From Candidatus Thorarchaeota archaeon (lineage in GTDB: Archaea; Asgardarchaeota; Thorarchaeia; Thorarchaeales; Thorarchaeaceae), in assembly GCA_963726195.1 (NCBI GenBank), contig CAVSBO010000016.1, positions 128,001 through 192,000 of the forward strand: a DNA stretch of 64,000 nt. Direction: 5' to 3'. The number at the start of each line of letters is the position of its first letter. The first letter of the stretch is position 1. Of the stretch, positions 41,575 to 52,272 are shown piece after piece. The notes below the pieces were generated by a model. The model had not been told where the DNA came from and did no database searches. It saw only the letters and a program-made list of their open reading frames with translations. The translations under genes were made by a program, and so were the position numbers.

Positions 41575-43521
41575 TTGACGTTGGAAAGGACAATGAGTGG
41601 CAGATTCTCCCACATGGACTTCTTCCCTTACTCCGAAATCCGGAAAGGGCAGGAAGACATGATGCAACTCATTGAGAACTCAGTCAGGGAAGGAAGAGAC
41701 ACATGTCTGGAGGCGCCGAATGGTTTTGGAAAGACATGTGCGGCGCTCTGTGGTGTCTTGCCTTGGGTCAAAGAGAACAGGGGAAAGAGCCTCTATTGTG
41801 CTAGGACACACAGGCAGCTCGACCGGGTAATAGAGGAACTTGATGTCATATCCAAACGCATGGACGTGACGGGTGTTTCTTTCAGAGGAAGGCAACACAT
41901 GTGCCTGAATGAGTTCATCACGAAAACCACGGACCTCATCGCACCAGTCAGCGAGGTGTGTGGGCAGCTCAAGGCGGCACATAGCTGTTCATACTACGAG
42001 CATTTCAAGACCTTGGTCATGTCAGACGACCCTTTTGAGGACATGCCAAAGAAAGCAATGAACGCGGTGGAAATCATATCCGTTGCGAAACAATGGAGGG
42101 TATGCCCGTACGAGATGGCCAAGACATTGGCTAAAGCAGCTGACATTATCGCTCTTTCGTATCTCTACGTGTTCGATCCGTTCATCCTTGAGTCCTTTGC
42201 ACCAGAAATTGGAACTCCAATGTCGATGGCTGTACTCGTGCAAGACGAGGCGCACAACGTTCCATTTACAGCCCTCGATTCGGCCAGTGATTCACTGCCC
42301 CTCGGGACCATCAGACAGGCAATGAGAGAAGCCGAAACATACAACGATCACACAACAAGGGACTTCTGTCGTGAGTTGGCTAAGAAGCTAATAGAACTAT
42401 CCAGCGGAATGGGAGAGAACGAAGAGACGGGCATAGATCCAAAGGAACTCTATAAGTCAGTTGTTGGTGCATCAGGCCTAAGCCCGGAAATCCAGCCTCT
42501 GCCCTACATGAGTAGCTTCGGTTCCAAAATCAGAATGGGGCTCCTGAGAGCGGGCAAGTTCCCCAAATCAGCAATCTACAGGGTTGCAGAGTTTCTTCTG
42601 AAATGGGTGCGATGCAGCCAACGTGACGACTATGGCTTCATACTGACTTCAAGACATGAAAGCGGGCAAAGCAAGAGAATCTCCATTGACCTTGTCGCAT
42701 TGGACCCGACGAATGTAACTGGTCCGGTACTAAAGCAGGTGCACTGTTCTGTTGCGATGTCAGGCACACTCTCTCCACTAGATGCTTATTCAGAAATGCT
42801 GGGACTCGAAAAGGACAACATGAAAGCCGCATTTCGCAGTCCATTTGGGCCACGCAACAGGCTTGGCATAATCGTGGAAGGCTTGGACACCTCGTACGAA
42901 GGCAGAAGCGCAACCCTGTTTCAAAGAATGGTTGACCACTGCGTTGCTGTCACTAACGCGACACATGGTAACACAGGGATATTCGCAGTCAGCTACTCGG
43001 TCGCAGATTCTTTGATCAAGGCAGGACTGGAAAAGAGGCTCAAGAAGAAACTGTTCATTGAAAGGCAAGGGTCGAAAGCAAACGAAAACGACGTCATGAT
43101 AGAGGATTTCAAGGGAAGAGGAGAGGGTGGAGGAGCGGTCCTGTTGGGCGTTCAGGGCGGACGAAACTCTGAAGGAGGGGATTTCCCCGGTCCGGCCATG
43201 GAGAGTGTCGTGGTTGTGGGCGTTCCTTATGCGAGGCCAAGCCCACGAATTGAGGCGCTGATACAGTATTTCGACAAGCGCTTCTCGGGTAAGGGAAGAG
43301 AGTATGCTTATGTCCTGCCTTCAATGACAAGAGCGATTCAGGCCGCTGGTAGGCCGGTGAGACGCCTGTCTGACAAAGGTGCGATTGTATTCTTGGACCA
43401 GCGTTTTGCATCACCATATCTTCGGAAGTACTTGCCTTCTTGGCTTGATGAAGTGACAGGAACAATAGCAGATGATCCCACCGCGGTCGCAGAAAGAATT
43501 GAGGCGTTCTTCTCAAGCTAA
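41575..43521 (+). CDS. xpd: XPD/Rad3 Fe-S DNA helicase
   Basis: EAPNGFGKT, RTHRQ, Fe-S Cys, DEAHN, SGTLSP, SEGGDF, QAAGRPVR. Confidence 0.94.
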   Translation: MTLERTMSGRFSHMDFFPYSEIRKGQEDMMQLIENSVREGRDTCLEAPNGFGKTCAALCGVLPWVKENRGKSLYCARTHRQLDRVIEELDVISKRMDVTGVSFRGRQHMCLNEFITKTTDLIAPVSEVCGQLKAAHSCSYYEHFKTLVMSDDPFEDMPKKAMNAVEIISVAKQWRVCPYEMAKTLAKAADIIALSYLYVFDPFILESFAPEIGTPMSMAVLVQDEAHNVPFTALDSASDSLPLGTIRQAMREAETYNDHTTRDFCRELAKKLIELSSGMGENEETGIDPKELYKSVVGASGLSPEIQPLPYMSSFGSKIRMGLLRAGKFPKSAIYRVAEFLLKWVRCSQRDDYGFILTSRHESGQSKRISIDLVALDPTNVTGPVLKQVHCSVAMSGTLSPLDAYSEMLGLEKDNMKAAFRSPFGPRNRLGIIVEGLDTSYEGRSATLFQRMVDHCVAVTNATHGNTGIFAVSYSVADSLIKAGLEKRLKKKLFIERQGSKANENDVMIEDFKGRGEGGGAVLLGVQGGRNSEGGDFPGPAMESVVVVGVPYARPSPRIEALIQYFDKRFSGKGREYAYVLPSMTRAIQAAGRPVRRLSDKGAIVFLDQRFASPYLRKYLPSWLDEVTGTIADDPTAVAERIEAFFSS

Positions 43522-44321
43522 CTCGAATCATCTAGAAGATTCTCCAACGAGAGGCTCCCAGAAATCACCAAACGTGCCTTGGCACTCGTCAATGACCTCT
43601 TTCCCTCAGTCATACGAAGAAACAGCTGCTTTATGGACTTCACATACTCCTCTTTGGGTTCGAGACGGACATCCGAGCTCTTGGGAGCGCGTCCGTGCCG
43701 AGATGCGATTATTGTCGCGGAAGACTGGTCGGAACCTGCACCACCCGCTATCGTCGTATGATGTTCGTCCACTAGTTCTATCGTGGTGCCAGCCGTCTTG
43801 TCAACAATGCCCCGTAGGTACAACACGGCGTACAAAGGTGATCCTATTCCTATCCTTAGTACCATGTCACACTCAGGATATTTCGTTGTAACATGAAGCA
43901 GCCAAACCAGAGTATTCCTTGCAGCCTCAATTGGTGACGAGAGTGCCTTAGTGTGGATCGGAATACCATCCATCGTTATCGCTAGTCCGATGTGCATTCC
44001 AGGATCCACGCCGATAGTGACAACCGAAGGCCGCTCTATTCTGAGTAGTCTCATCTTGATTTCAATCGCTGTCAGGTCTGGGTCTGGATCAAGTCCTACT
44101 CTGACTATGCGGTCGTCTTCCGTGAGCCATGCCTCATCCTCCGTTGTAATTACAACGTTTGCGAGATTGCATTCTGAGTCACCGGGATTGCAGATGCTGA
44201 ATCCAAGTTCGAGACTCTTGAGAAGCTTCACGGTGTTATAGAGCGCCTTTGGATTACGGATTGCAACTGCAACTTTAGTCTGGCCCATGTCAGAGGCCTT
44301 CTCGGTAGACTTATGACTCAT
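43518..44321 (-). CDS. RNase H-fold (YqgF/RuvC-like) conserved archaeal protein
   Basis: IGVDPG..IGLA, IG.G, VDEHHTT. Confidence 0.7.
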   Translation of the reverse strand: MSHKSTEKASDMGQTKVAVAIRNPKALYNTVKLLKSLELGFSICNPGDSECNLANVVITTEDEAWLTEDDRIVRVGLDPDPDLTAIEIKMRLLRIERPSVVTIGVDPGMHIGLAITMDGIPIHTKALSSPIEAARNTLVWLLHVTTKYPECDMVLRIGIGSPLYAVLYLRGIVDKTAGTTIELVDEHHTTIAGGAGSDQSSATIIASRHGRAPKSSDVRLEPKEEYVKSIKQLFLRMTEGKRSLTSAKARLVISGSLSLENLLDDSS

Positions 44322-44326
44322 CAGAT

Positions 44327-45070
44327 GTGTTAATGATGGCGATGGCTCCGGATTTGATTCTTCCGTCTGGTGTCTTGCCTTTGGACCATGTCCTGAACGG
44401 CGGTCTACACACGGGTCTGGTCACGCATGTCTATGGCGAGGCCGCATCAGGCAAGACAACATTGGGCCTTCAATTTGTGAATGCCGCCTGCAAATTCGGA
44501 GCACGGGTAATGTATGTCAACTCTGAAAGCTCTTCAATAATAGAGAGACTAGAACAAATCGCGGGCAGGCCGTTCAACGAGATTGAAGACATGGTCAGAG
44601 TTCTAGCGCCTAAGGCTTTTGCAGATCAGGGCGTACTCATTGACGAACTAGAACTCTACGTAAGGGATGGAACGAAACTTGTTGTCGTTGATACTCTTAC
44701 TCGCCTCTATAGAACAGTGCTTGAAAACAAGGATGCTACTTATGCAGCTCACCGTGAACTCAATCGACAGGTGGGTTTCTTGAAGGGACTTGCGAAACAA
44801 AGAGACATGGCTATTTTGATACTAAATCAGGTGAGAGGAGTCCCAGGCAGCCATGATGCCCTTGAGCCTGTGGCTAAGAGCATCTTAGACTACTGGGCAG
44901 ACTGCGTACTTTGGATGCGTCTGGGACAGGCCAGAGGAGAGAGATTAGTGGATTTGGTTAGGCCCAATGAGAATCACCGGACCGCCGTCTTGTACGTCAC
45001 GGGTACTGGTCTCGCGGGCGCACCAGACCAAAAAGAAACAGTGAAATGGGGGTACCAAGAAACCAACTGA
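44327..45070 (+). CDS. radB: RadB recombination mediator (RecA-family)
   Basis: LD.VLNGG, YGEAASGKT, LVVVDT...LYR, LNQV; no N-terminal HhH domain. Confidence 0.85.
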   Translation: MLMMAMAPDLILPSGVLPLDHVLNGGLHTGLVTHVYGEAASGKTTLGLQFVNAACKFGARVMYVNSESSSIIERLEQIAGRPFNEIEDMVRVLAPKAFADQGVLIDELELYVRDGTKLVVVDTLTRLYRTVLENKDATYAAHRELNRQVGFLKGLAKQRDMAILILNQVRGVPGSHDALEPVAKSILDYWADCVLWMRLGQARGERLVDLVRPNENHRTAVLYVTGTGLAGAPDQKETVKWGYQETN

Positions 45071-45084
45071 AAGGAGTAGTCCCA

Positions 45085-45645
45085 ATGTATGAGACTCTCG
45101 CCTTGATTGAACTGGCAGTCTGGCTTGGATTGCCAGCTTGGGTTGCGAACTCGACGCCGGTTATTTTCGGAGGCGGAATGCCGATAGATCGGGGAAGAGT
45201 CCTTCGTGATGGGCACAGGCTTTTTGGAGACGGCAAGACGGTGAGAGGATTCGTTGTTGGGGTAGTGTTTGGTACGTTAACTGGAGCGGCTCAGACCCTT
45301 GTGGCACCGTACTTGGAGCCTATCCTTGGGTTGTTCGTGACAGTCACGCCCGACATGGAAGCAGTCTTGTTGATGAACCTGCCCGCAGTGTTTCTTATGT
45401 CGGTTGGTGCCCTTACAGGTGACCTCGTAGGATCTTTCATCAAGAGAAGGGCTGATATCAAGAGCGGAAATCCTTCACCGATGCTAGATCAGCTTGGCTT
45501 CGTCATCATCGGCCTTATTGCAGCATCATTCTTCATGCTGCCAGCCCCAGTGTATGCCCAGCTGCTCATACTCATCACTCTCGGTGTGCATTGGCTGAGC
45601 AATGCATTGGGCTACCTAATGGGTCTAAAGAAGCACCCTTGGTAG
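45085..45645 (+). CDS. carS: CDP-archaeol synthase
   Basis: PAWVANSTPV, GDGKT.RG, GDL.GSFIKRR, LDQL.F, GLKKHPW. Confidence 0.93.
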   Translation: MYETLALIELAVWLGLPAWVANSTPVIFGGGMPIDRGRVLRDGHRLFGDGKTVRGFVVGVVFGTLTGAAQTLVAPYLEPILGLFVTVTPDMEAVLLMNLPAVFLMSVGALTGDLVGSFIKRRADIKSGNPSPMLDQLGFVIIGLIAASFFMLPAPVYAQLLILITLGVHWLSNALGYLMGLKKHPW

Positions 45646-45851
45646 CGCCCAGAACCTGGACGCACAGGTCTCCAAGCTATGGGACGCTGTCATGAACATG
45701 TGCAGGCATCAATTGCGCAAATAACCAAAGATAGACATAAAAGGCGCAAGACGTTTTCACTGTTGCTCTGGTTGGAACACCGATTAACTCAATCAGTGGA
45801 GAACTCAATCAGAATCTAGCACTATTCTATTATTGTTGGAGTTGTCAAACG

Positions 45852-46728
45852 ATGAAGGTATCCGAATGCATGCGGTCAAATGTTCCATACTTGACAGTGC
45901 CAGGTACCCGAGAAGATGTCTTGCAACTGATGACGGAAACACAAGCTGAGCGGCTTCCCAGTCTGCAAGAAAGGCACAAAGACAATCGTAGGAATGATTA
46001 CCAGAAATGACCTCCTTCGCAAGCCTGACGAGAATCAGGTAGGTATGTTGATGGTAAGAGACCCCGTCGTCGTGAGCCCTGATGCAGATGTCAAGAAAGC
46101 AGTGGACCTTATGCTCGAAAAGGGCTTCAGAAGGTTTCCAGTGGTAAAGAGTGGCGATATGGTCGGTGTCATATCCATTCCAGATATACTTGGGTACGTC
46201 CTAGAGGATGACAAGGAGTATCAATCAGCCAGCATAGCAGACTACGTGGATAGAACTGTGGTTGCGGCATGGCAAGAAACACCTCTATCTCTGTCTTACA
46301 TGATCATGGAGATGGCTGGGAGGAACGCAATCATAGTCGTGGATGACAGAGGGGGACTGGCTGGAATGATTTCAGTCAGTGATTTCATTCGCCTATCGGA
46401 AGTGAGTGTTGAGGATAACGTGTCCAAAACCTATAGCGGCACTGAACATTCAGTCGAATGGGGTTGGACCTCCAAGGACTATCTGATGGTGACCAAGAAG
46501 CTTCTCAGACTCCCAAATATCCCTGTTAGGCAGGCAATGACCAAGAACATAATCAGTGTCAGCGAAGTGTCAAGTGTCTCTGATTGTGTGAAGACGCTCA
46601 GGAAGAACGAGATAGATGAGGCGCCTGTGCTTTCGGCCGCCGGATCTCTCACAGGAATCATTGAAGATAGAGAGTGACTTAGGCTTGCGGCGAAACGATT
46701 GACGCCTGTACAAAGAACGGAAAGGTAG
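45852..46728 (+). CDS. Tandem CBS-domain protein (frameshifted near both ends)
   Basis: Four CBS repeats (PV...VGMITRND, RRFPVV, G.LAGMIS..D, APV...L.GII.D). Confidence 0.85.
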
Positions 46729-46775
46729 GAAGACGGACAACTGAACGGACTAGTGAGCGGAAGAAGCTTACCAGT

Positions 46776-49700
46776 CTAAAGAAAGTCTGTGAGAGACGTC
46801 TGGTCTGAGAGAAACAGCGAGTCTATTGCTGAATTGATTAATCTGAGCCCGTCCTTCATGTACTGGCCTAGATTGTGTTCTTCGATAATTCTCTGAGCAA
46901 TTGGCAAGTACTTCGATATGTTCTTGCGCCTTACGGTTAGCGACAGCCCAAAACCACATTCACATTTACCCGAAAGAGGAATTCGGCGGTATATCCTGTG
47001 GCATTTTCCGCACTGTATTTTCTGAGTGGAGTAGGCCCTGAGATTCCCCTTTATGTCACGAATGAAATGATGAGAAAGAACTCGCTCGGCAACATCACGT
47101 GCGTCAACTGCATCTATCAAGGCTGCCAGACGCAACTGTGCGTCAAGCTTCTCGTCCATGCTTCCCAGTGCCTTGTACCTTGTGTTTCGTGGACCCGCAT
47201 CAATAGACGACGTTCCATGCGTGAAACCAAACCCTTCGTACTGGGCTTCTGTGTTGAGCCGTGATGCAACTATGTCCACCAAGTGCTCTGCTTCCTTGGG
47301 ATGCCGCGCTTGGGCTACGATTTCGAAAAACTGTGCAGGATAGCGAGTGCACACGTCTAGGTTGTGAGCCTCACTATCCACTTCAGAGGGATTGAGAATA
47401 ACTGACAGGACCAGAGGAGCGTCCATGAAACCCCCTCTACCTGCTGGAAGATACGACCTTGAGAAGTTGATTAGAGCATCCATAACAAGAAGGAGAGCAT
47501 CCTCGTCCCCGTCACAGTTCCTGCGTTTTGCGGCATGATAGTAGGGGTGCGCGTAACATACACTTGCATTAGTGAAACCAATTATCCTTCCGATTATCCC
47601 TGCAGACGTGTGTGGTGCAAGCCCGATCACAAGATGCCCAACAACGTCGTCTTGTGACTCGAACTTGTAGAACCGGTCTAGACCGTATATCTTCTCAAGA
47701 CAATCGTCAACAAAACAACCGACCCTGTACAGGTACTCAACACAGTTTTCCGAAACAACCAAGTCCTGTACTTTTAGTTCGACCACTTGGTCGTCAGATT
47801 CAAGGGGCTCGCTCCGGCAGTCTGTCAGGTAACCCATTTGGCGCAGACGTGCAACTGACACGCCTATTTCCCTCGGGGTAAAATGTGTGAGAGGAGCATC
47901 GGTTGCATCAAAGCGGGCAGTACCATCTCTGTAGCAGTATACTGAATGCTTTGCTCGAAGAATGCCTTTCCCAAGATACTCGGGAATCTTGAGCTCATTT
48001 GTCAGTCCGAGGACGCCGCGTAGACCATAAGACTGAGGCTCATTGATTTCCACCCTGACGCGATCAAGGAACTTTCGGATGTCTACTCTAACCTTCTTCG
48101 TAGCACGTATCATGTTGACGTCGTGACTCAAGGGGCACATGCCGGTAGCATTGTCTATTGTGCGGCCGCAGCCCTCTTGGGAGCACCACCTACGTATTTC
48201 GGTGTGGGAGAGGCACTTTGGGCAGCGAGACTCGAATGTCTCAGACTGGCAGTGAGGACATACACGGAGCACCAACTCAATCTCAGGACCAGACGCTTTT
48301 GCAGGTTGGCTGTCAAGGTATGTCTCATCGTCAGAGAAGCCCAGAGTAGAAATATGCTGTGCAGATCCTGCGACCTTCTCAATGCGTCTTTCGCTGGCGA
48401 GTGTTCTGCCGACGGGAAACAGTACATGGACAGGCGGATGCATTTTCCGTTCTTCTGCCTTCTCCGGTCGGCCCATTCGCGCCCCAATTGAAAAGCCGAG
48501 CTTGTCACGGAGTGGAACATCCGCGACGGAAGCCAGGAGCTCCATGGATTCTTTTCCGCTCGGCGATTTGCTGCTTGCCCCCAATTGTGCCAGTATTGTC
48601 TGCGAGCTGTCGGTCAGTTCTAGGAGTTTGTTATCGCTGCTAACTCTGTGTGGTAGACCAATTCGCTCCAGAAGCGTTTTGTATTCTCTTTCATTTGGAA
48701 CTAGCATTAGCTCCCCTTCAGAAGAACTCACTCTGCTCTTCTTTGAGAGAAGCCAGTTTCTTAGTCTGATGAGCTCCTCCGGGGAGAGAACAGACCATCT
48801 GTATTGATACTTTGGGTGTAGCGGCACATCGAATTGCTTGGAGAGCTGAAGAGCTTGGTGTGGCGTGGGAATCCTCGATAGAGGTAGGTCTATAAATGCA
48901 GTGAGTTCCTCTTGAAGAATCCCCGAATCTGACAGGTGCTTCTTTAGCAGTTTGTCCCCAAGCCTCGAGCAGGCCCTCTCCAAATCATGTGACCACCATT
49001 CCTCACAGTATCCCGAAGGTACGAGAGGGTGGTTGTTCTCGAGGAACTCGCCCATTGCAACGAGAATATCACCCAAGAACATTATCCTCTCAATCTTGCC
49101 CTGAAGACGCTTGGCCTCCTCAATATCACTGACCTGCTTGAGAGTACCATCCTTGAGCAAGACGATTGGCCCTTCAATGGTATCGACAGGTGCCACGATG
49201 GCGCCTTTTCCGGGACGCTCAGTTCTGATGTGAGTGCCAGTGGCAAGAAACTCGTCCACTACATACATCGTAGCAGGATGGATACCAACGCCCGCAAGTC
49301 CTGTATTCCTTGATCGTCCGTATCTCAGTCTGAAACCGCCCACACGGGATGGATGAGCAAAAACTGGTCGTCCACCTATCACATCTGCTAGGTACTCAGG
49401 TTTTGGAGCCAGCTTCTTGGAAATCGACTCCTCACCCTCTGATGATCTGGCTTTCGAGGTTTTGGTTGCGAGTTCGGTTAGCCAATCCCAACCAGTTATG
49501 TGGAGCCTGCTCACAATCTTAGCAAGCTTGGGCGACCTGCCAACGACCCCATCGCTTAGGACTAGGACGAAACCACTTCGAACTCGATTTGTTTCGATTC
49601 GCTCAAGGTCGCGGCCGCCAGAGACTTCATACTCCTCTGTGGGCTCGCCTGTCAGCATGATAGGCAATCTTGAGGATGCAAAGCGGATTAGGTCGGGATA

Positions 49701-50321
49701 TACTGGATACTGAAGATGCGATGCTCTTGAGTAGAGCTCAACCTCTTCTACGGCGCGCTCCACCTCATTTGGAGTAGCCTTGAGAGAAGGTATGCCAAGC
49801 ACCTGTCGAACCTGATCTGCAACCAAGACCGTCATGGCGGCATCTGTGCCGCCTGCAGCACGAATTGGACCTGCAAGATATAGCGCGAGGTATCGATCCT
49901 CTCCGGACCCCCTGATTCGTACTTTTGCAATGCCTTCCAAAGGAGCAGCAGTGATACTCTCGGTCAATATGGCTAGTGCCACACGGACAGCCTTGTCAGC
50001 CGCTTTTTCGGGGTCTGTAATTCCTCCAAGCTCACCTGCAGCTATCTCTTGTGCAACTGAGAAAGCGACCTGCTCCCTTGGCAGTGTCAGCTCAAGTTCT
50101 CGTATCCGTTTAGCAACCCCGACAGGCCCGTCCAGAGTGGCTTCCACCCTTGCTGCCACATCATGTGCAGGCGGAATCTCGACCTTAGTGCTGGGATCGA
50201 GACCTTTTGCACGCGCCTGTTCTGCCACGTCGTAGATTCTCTTGAGTTCTTCACTGAGAACGGCGAAATACTGACCATAGCTGATACTGTGTTTCGGTAG
50301 GCTTGGTTCCGAGTCGCTCAC
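46776..50321 (-). CDS. polC: DNA polymerase D large subunit DP2
   Basis: AAPLEG, GPIRAAGGT, FRLRYGR, ARMGRPEK, RRNCDGDED; no intein seen. Confidence 0.97.
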   Translation of the reverse strand: MSDSEPSLPKHSISYGQYFAVLSEELKRIYDVAEQARAKGLDPSTKVEIPPAHDVAARVEATLDGPVGVAKRIRELELTLPREQVAFSVAQEIAAGELGGITDPEKAADKAVRVALAILTESITAAPLEGIAKVRIRGSGEDRYLALYLAGPIRAAGGTDAAMTVLVADQVRQVLGIPSLKATPNEVERAVEEVELYSRASHLQYPVYPDLIRFASSRLPIMLTGEPTEEYEVSGGRDLERIETNRVRSGFVLVLSDGVVGRSPKLAKIVSRLHITGWDWLTELATKTSKARSSEGEESISKKLAPKPEYLADVIGGRPVFAHPSRVGGFRLRYGRSRNTGLAGVGIHPATMYVVDEFLATGTHIRTERPGKGAIVAPVDTIEGPIVLLKDGTLKQVSDIEEAKRLQGKIERIMFLGDILVAMGEFLENNHPLVPSGYCEEWWSHDLERACSRLGDKLLKKHLSDSGILQEELTAFIDLPLSRIPTPHQALQLSKQFDVPLHPKYQYRWSVLSPEELIRLRNWLLSKKSRVSSSEGELMLVPNEREYKTLLERIGLPHRVSSDNKLLELTDSSQTILAQLGASSKSPSGKESMELLASVADVPLRDKLGFSIGARMGRPEKAEERKMHPPVHVLFPVGRTLASERRIEKVAGSAQHISTLGFSDDETYLDSQPAKASGPEIELVLRVCPHCQSETFESRCPKCLSHTEIRRWCSQEGCGRTIDNATGMCPLSHDVNMIRATKKVRVDIRKFLDRVRVEINEPQSYGLRGVLGLTNELKIPEYLGKGILRAKHSVYCYRDGTARFDATDAPLTHFTPREIGVSVARLRQMGYLTDCRSEPLESDDQVVELKVQDLVVSENCVEYLYRVGCFVDDCLEKIYGLDRFYKFESQDDVVGHLVIGLAPHTSAGIIGRIIGFTNASVCYAHPYYHAAKRRNCDGDEDALLLVMDALINFSRSYLPAGRGGFMDAPLVLSVILNPSEVDSEAHNLDVCTRYPAQFFEIVAQARHPKEAEHLVDIVASRLNTEAQYEGFGFTHGTSSIDAGPRNTRYKALGSMDEKLDAQLRLAALIDAVDARDVAERVLSHHFIRDIKGNLRAYSTQKIQCGKCHRIYRRIPLSGKCECGFGLSLTVRRKNISKYLPIAQRIIEEHNLGQYMKDGLRLINSAIDSLFLSDQTSLTDFL

Positions 50322-50483
50322 TGACGTTCGGTCCTCTCTTGCTAGGTGCGGCCTTTTCTGCTTTCTCTAAGGCCACATGCTGTCTACTGTAATCCGGAGT
50401 AGCGTGAGTGATTATCAGAGCCCTTTAAAGGAGTACACACAGACAATCCCGCGGTATATCTAGGAATCGGGACGGTATACATC

Positions 50484-52253
50484 GTGCTCACACTCGAAGA
50501 GACCATAGAGCTGATTCTGAAGAATTCATCGGAGTATGATCGGAAGGATATACTCAAACTCATCGAAGATAAACGCAAGGAACTCGGACCGGAAGTCGTC
50601 AATGAAGAGTCAGCTGCCATGATTGTGGCCCGCGAGCTCGGGATAGACCTGCAGCAAGTTTCTCCGAAGGCACGTCTGAGAATAGAGGATATAACGGAGG
50701 AGAATAGAAGCGTTACATTGACCGGCAAGGTTGTCAGTGTAGGTACAGTTAGAACCTTCTCAAGGTCAGGAGCTGGTGAAGGCAAAGTTGCAAGCATAAT
50801 CGTGGGCGATGAGACTGGCCAAATCAGGGTTGCTCTCTGGGATGAGGTCACTTCCGCGATAACCGAGGGAGCTATTAACGTGGGTTCTGTTATTCAGATT
50901 AGGGGCGCGTATGTGAAGAAGGGACTGCGAAACGCCCTTGAACTGAATCTGGGGAGAATGGGGGGAATCAGAGTGCTTGAGGACGACGAAGCGAAAGAGC
51001 TCGAAATCAAAACCGCTGAGGGCGGAACAGCCCACGTAGGTGACCTTCATGACAGGATGTTCGACGTAACACTTACAGTAAGGCTAGACAGACTCCAGAA
51101 TCTTTCCACATTCACGCGCAAGAACGATGGCGCAGAAGGCAAGGTGATGAGCGCTGTTGGAGTGGACGAGACCGGCAGCGTTAGGGTTGTCTTTTGGGAT
51201 GACCACGCAGAGCAGATGCAGGATGCAAAAGAGGGCGAGGTAATCAAGCTGACCGGAGCTTACACCAAGACCGGACGCAATGGTGAGATAGAAGTCCATG
51301 CAGGGAAATCTGCAAAGATAGAACGAAGGGTCAAACAGAAAATCGCGGCCCCCAAGACAGCGGCGACTCTAACCACCGCGCAGGTCATTGGAAGAAAGAA
51401 CATCAGTGAACTCTCGGTCGAGATGAAGGATGTTGATATTGAAGGAAAAGTCGCCAAGGTGTTTCCCCCGACAGCTTTTGAGAGAGAAGGAAGGGCTGGA
51501 AAGGTCCAAAACGTACTTGTCGCTGACGAGTCGGGGACCGCCAGGGTCACATTCTGGACGGAACAAGTGGATTTCATCAAGGATCTGCAGCAGGGTGATG
51601 TAATCAGAATAAGTCATGGCTACGTGAAGGAAGGGCTTCGTGGGGCAATCGAGTATCATGTAGGCCGCCGATCTGAGATTGAGATCAATCCTGAGGATAC
51701 TGACCTCGCTCAGCTCGATCTCTCAGAGATAGCTCAGAGACCGGCTGTACAAGCAGGTAGAGTGATGATAGGTCAAATTGAGGACGAGACGGAGGGCAAG
51801 ACTGTCGAGTTGTGCGGTATCATTGTCGCTGTCGCTCGCACGAGCCCTGTTTATGCCTCATGTCCCAACTGCCGAAAGAAGACTGAAGAACGGGACGGAA
51901 AGTTCTACTGTGCTGTGTGTGGCAAAGTAGACAAGCCAGAGTACAGAATGCTTTACAAAGTCACGGTTGACGACGGGTCAGGTTCAATACGAGCAACTCT
52001 GTTTGGAAAGACGGGAGAGGACCTTCTTCAGATGACAGCGCAGCAAGCCCAAGACCTAATCGTAAAAGCAGGCAACAAAAGCTTCCCCATGGAACAGAAT
52101 TCTAACAAGATGCTCGGGCGATATGTTGCCATTCGCGGACGAGTAAGCAAGTTCAGAGATAGTCTTGAAGTTTCAGCCTCGGACCTTCTTGTTGTGGATC
52201 CTCTCGAAGAGATAAGGCGCACTCGAGAAGATGTGGTCAGGTTGGCTGGGTAA
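50484..52253 (+). CDS. rpa: Replication protein A (multiple OB folds + Zn finger)
   Basis: Repeated GDETG/DESG OB motifs, CPNCRK...CAVCG, DDGSG. Confidence 0.92.
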   Translation: MLTLEETIELILKNSSEYDRKDILKLIEDKRKELGPEVVNEESAAMIVARELGIDLQQVSPKARLRIEDITEENRSVTLTGKVVSVGTVRTFSRSGAGEGKVASIIVGDETGQIRVALWDEVTSAITEGAINVGSVIQIRGAYVKKGLRNALELNLGRMGGIRVLEDDEAKELEIKTAEGGTAHVGDLHDRMFDVTLTVRLDRLQNLSTFTRKNDGAEGKVMSAVGVDETGSVRVVFWDDHAEQMQDAKEGEVIKLTGAYTKTGRNGEIEVHAGKSAKIERRVKQKIAAPKTAATLTTAQVIGRKNISELSVEMKDVDIEGKVAKVFPPTAFEREGRAGKVQNVLVADESGTARVTFWTEQVDFIKDLQQGDVIRISHGYVKEGLRGAIEYHVGRRSEIEINPEDTDLAQLDLSEIAQRPAVQAGRVMIGQIEDETEGKTVELCGIIVAVARTSPVYASCPNCRKKTEERDGKFYCAVCGKVDKPEYRMLYKVTVDDGSGSIRATLFGKTGEDLLQMTAQQAQDLIVKAGNKSFPMEQNSNKMLGRYVAIRGRVSKFRDSLEVSASDLLVVDPLEEIRRTREDVVRLAG

Positions 52254-52272
52254 CATGGACAACTCCGTACCA

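Noticed and set aside
45786-45812. Direct repeat AACTCAATCAG x2 upstream of the CBS gene
   Set aside because: Could be a TF site, but two copies of 11 bp with no other support is insufficient.
46776-50321. Intein in PolD DP2
   Set aside because: Length is typical and the conserved motifs are contiguous; no intein termini are visible.
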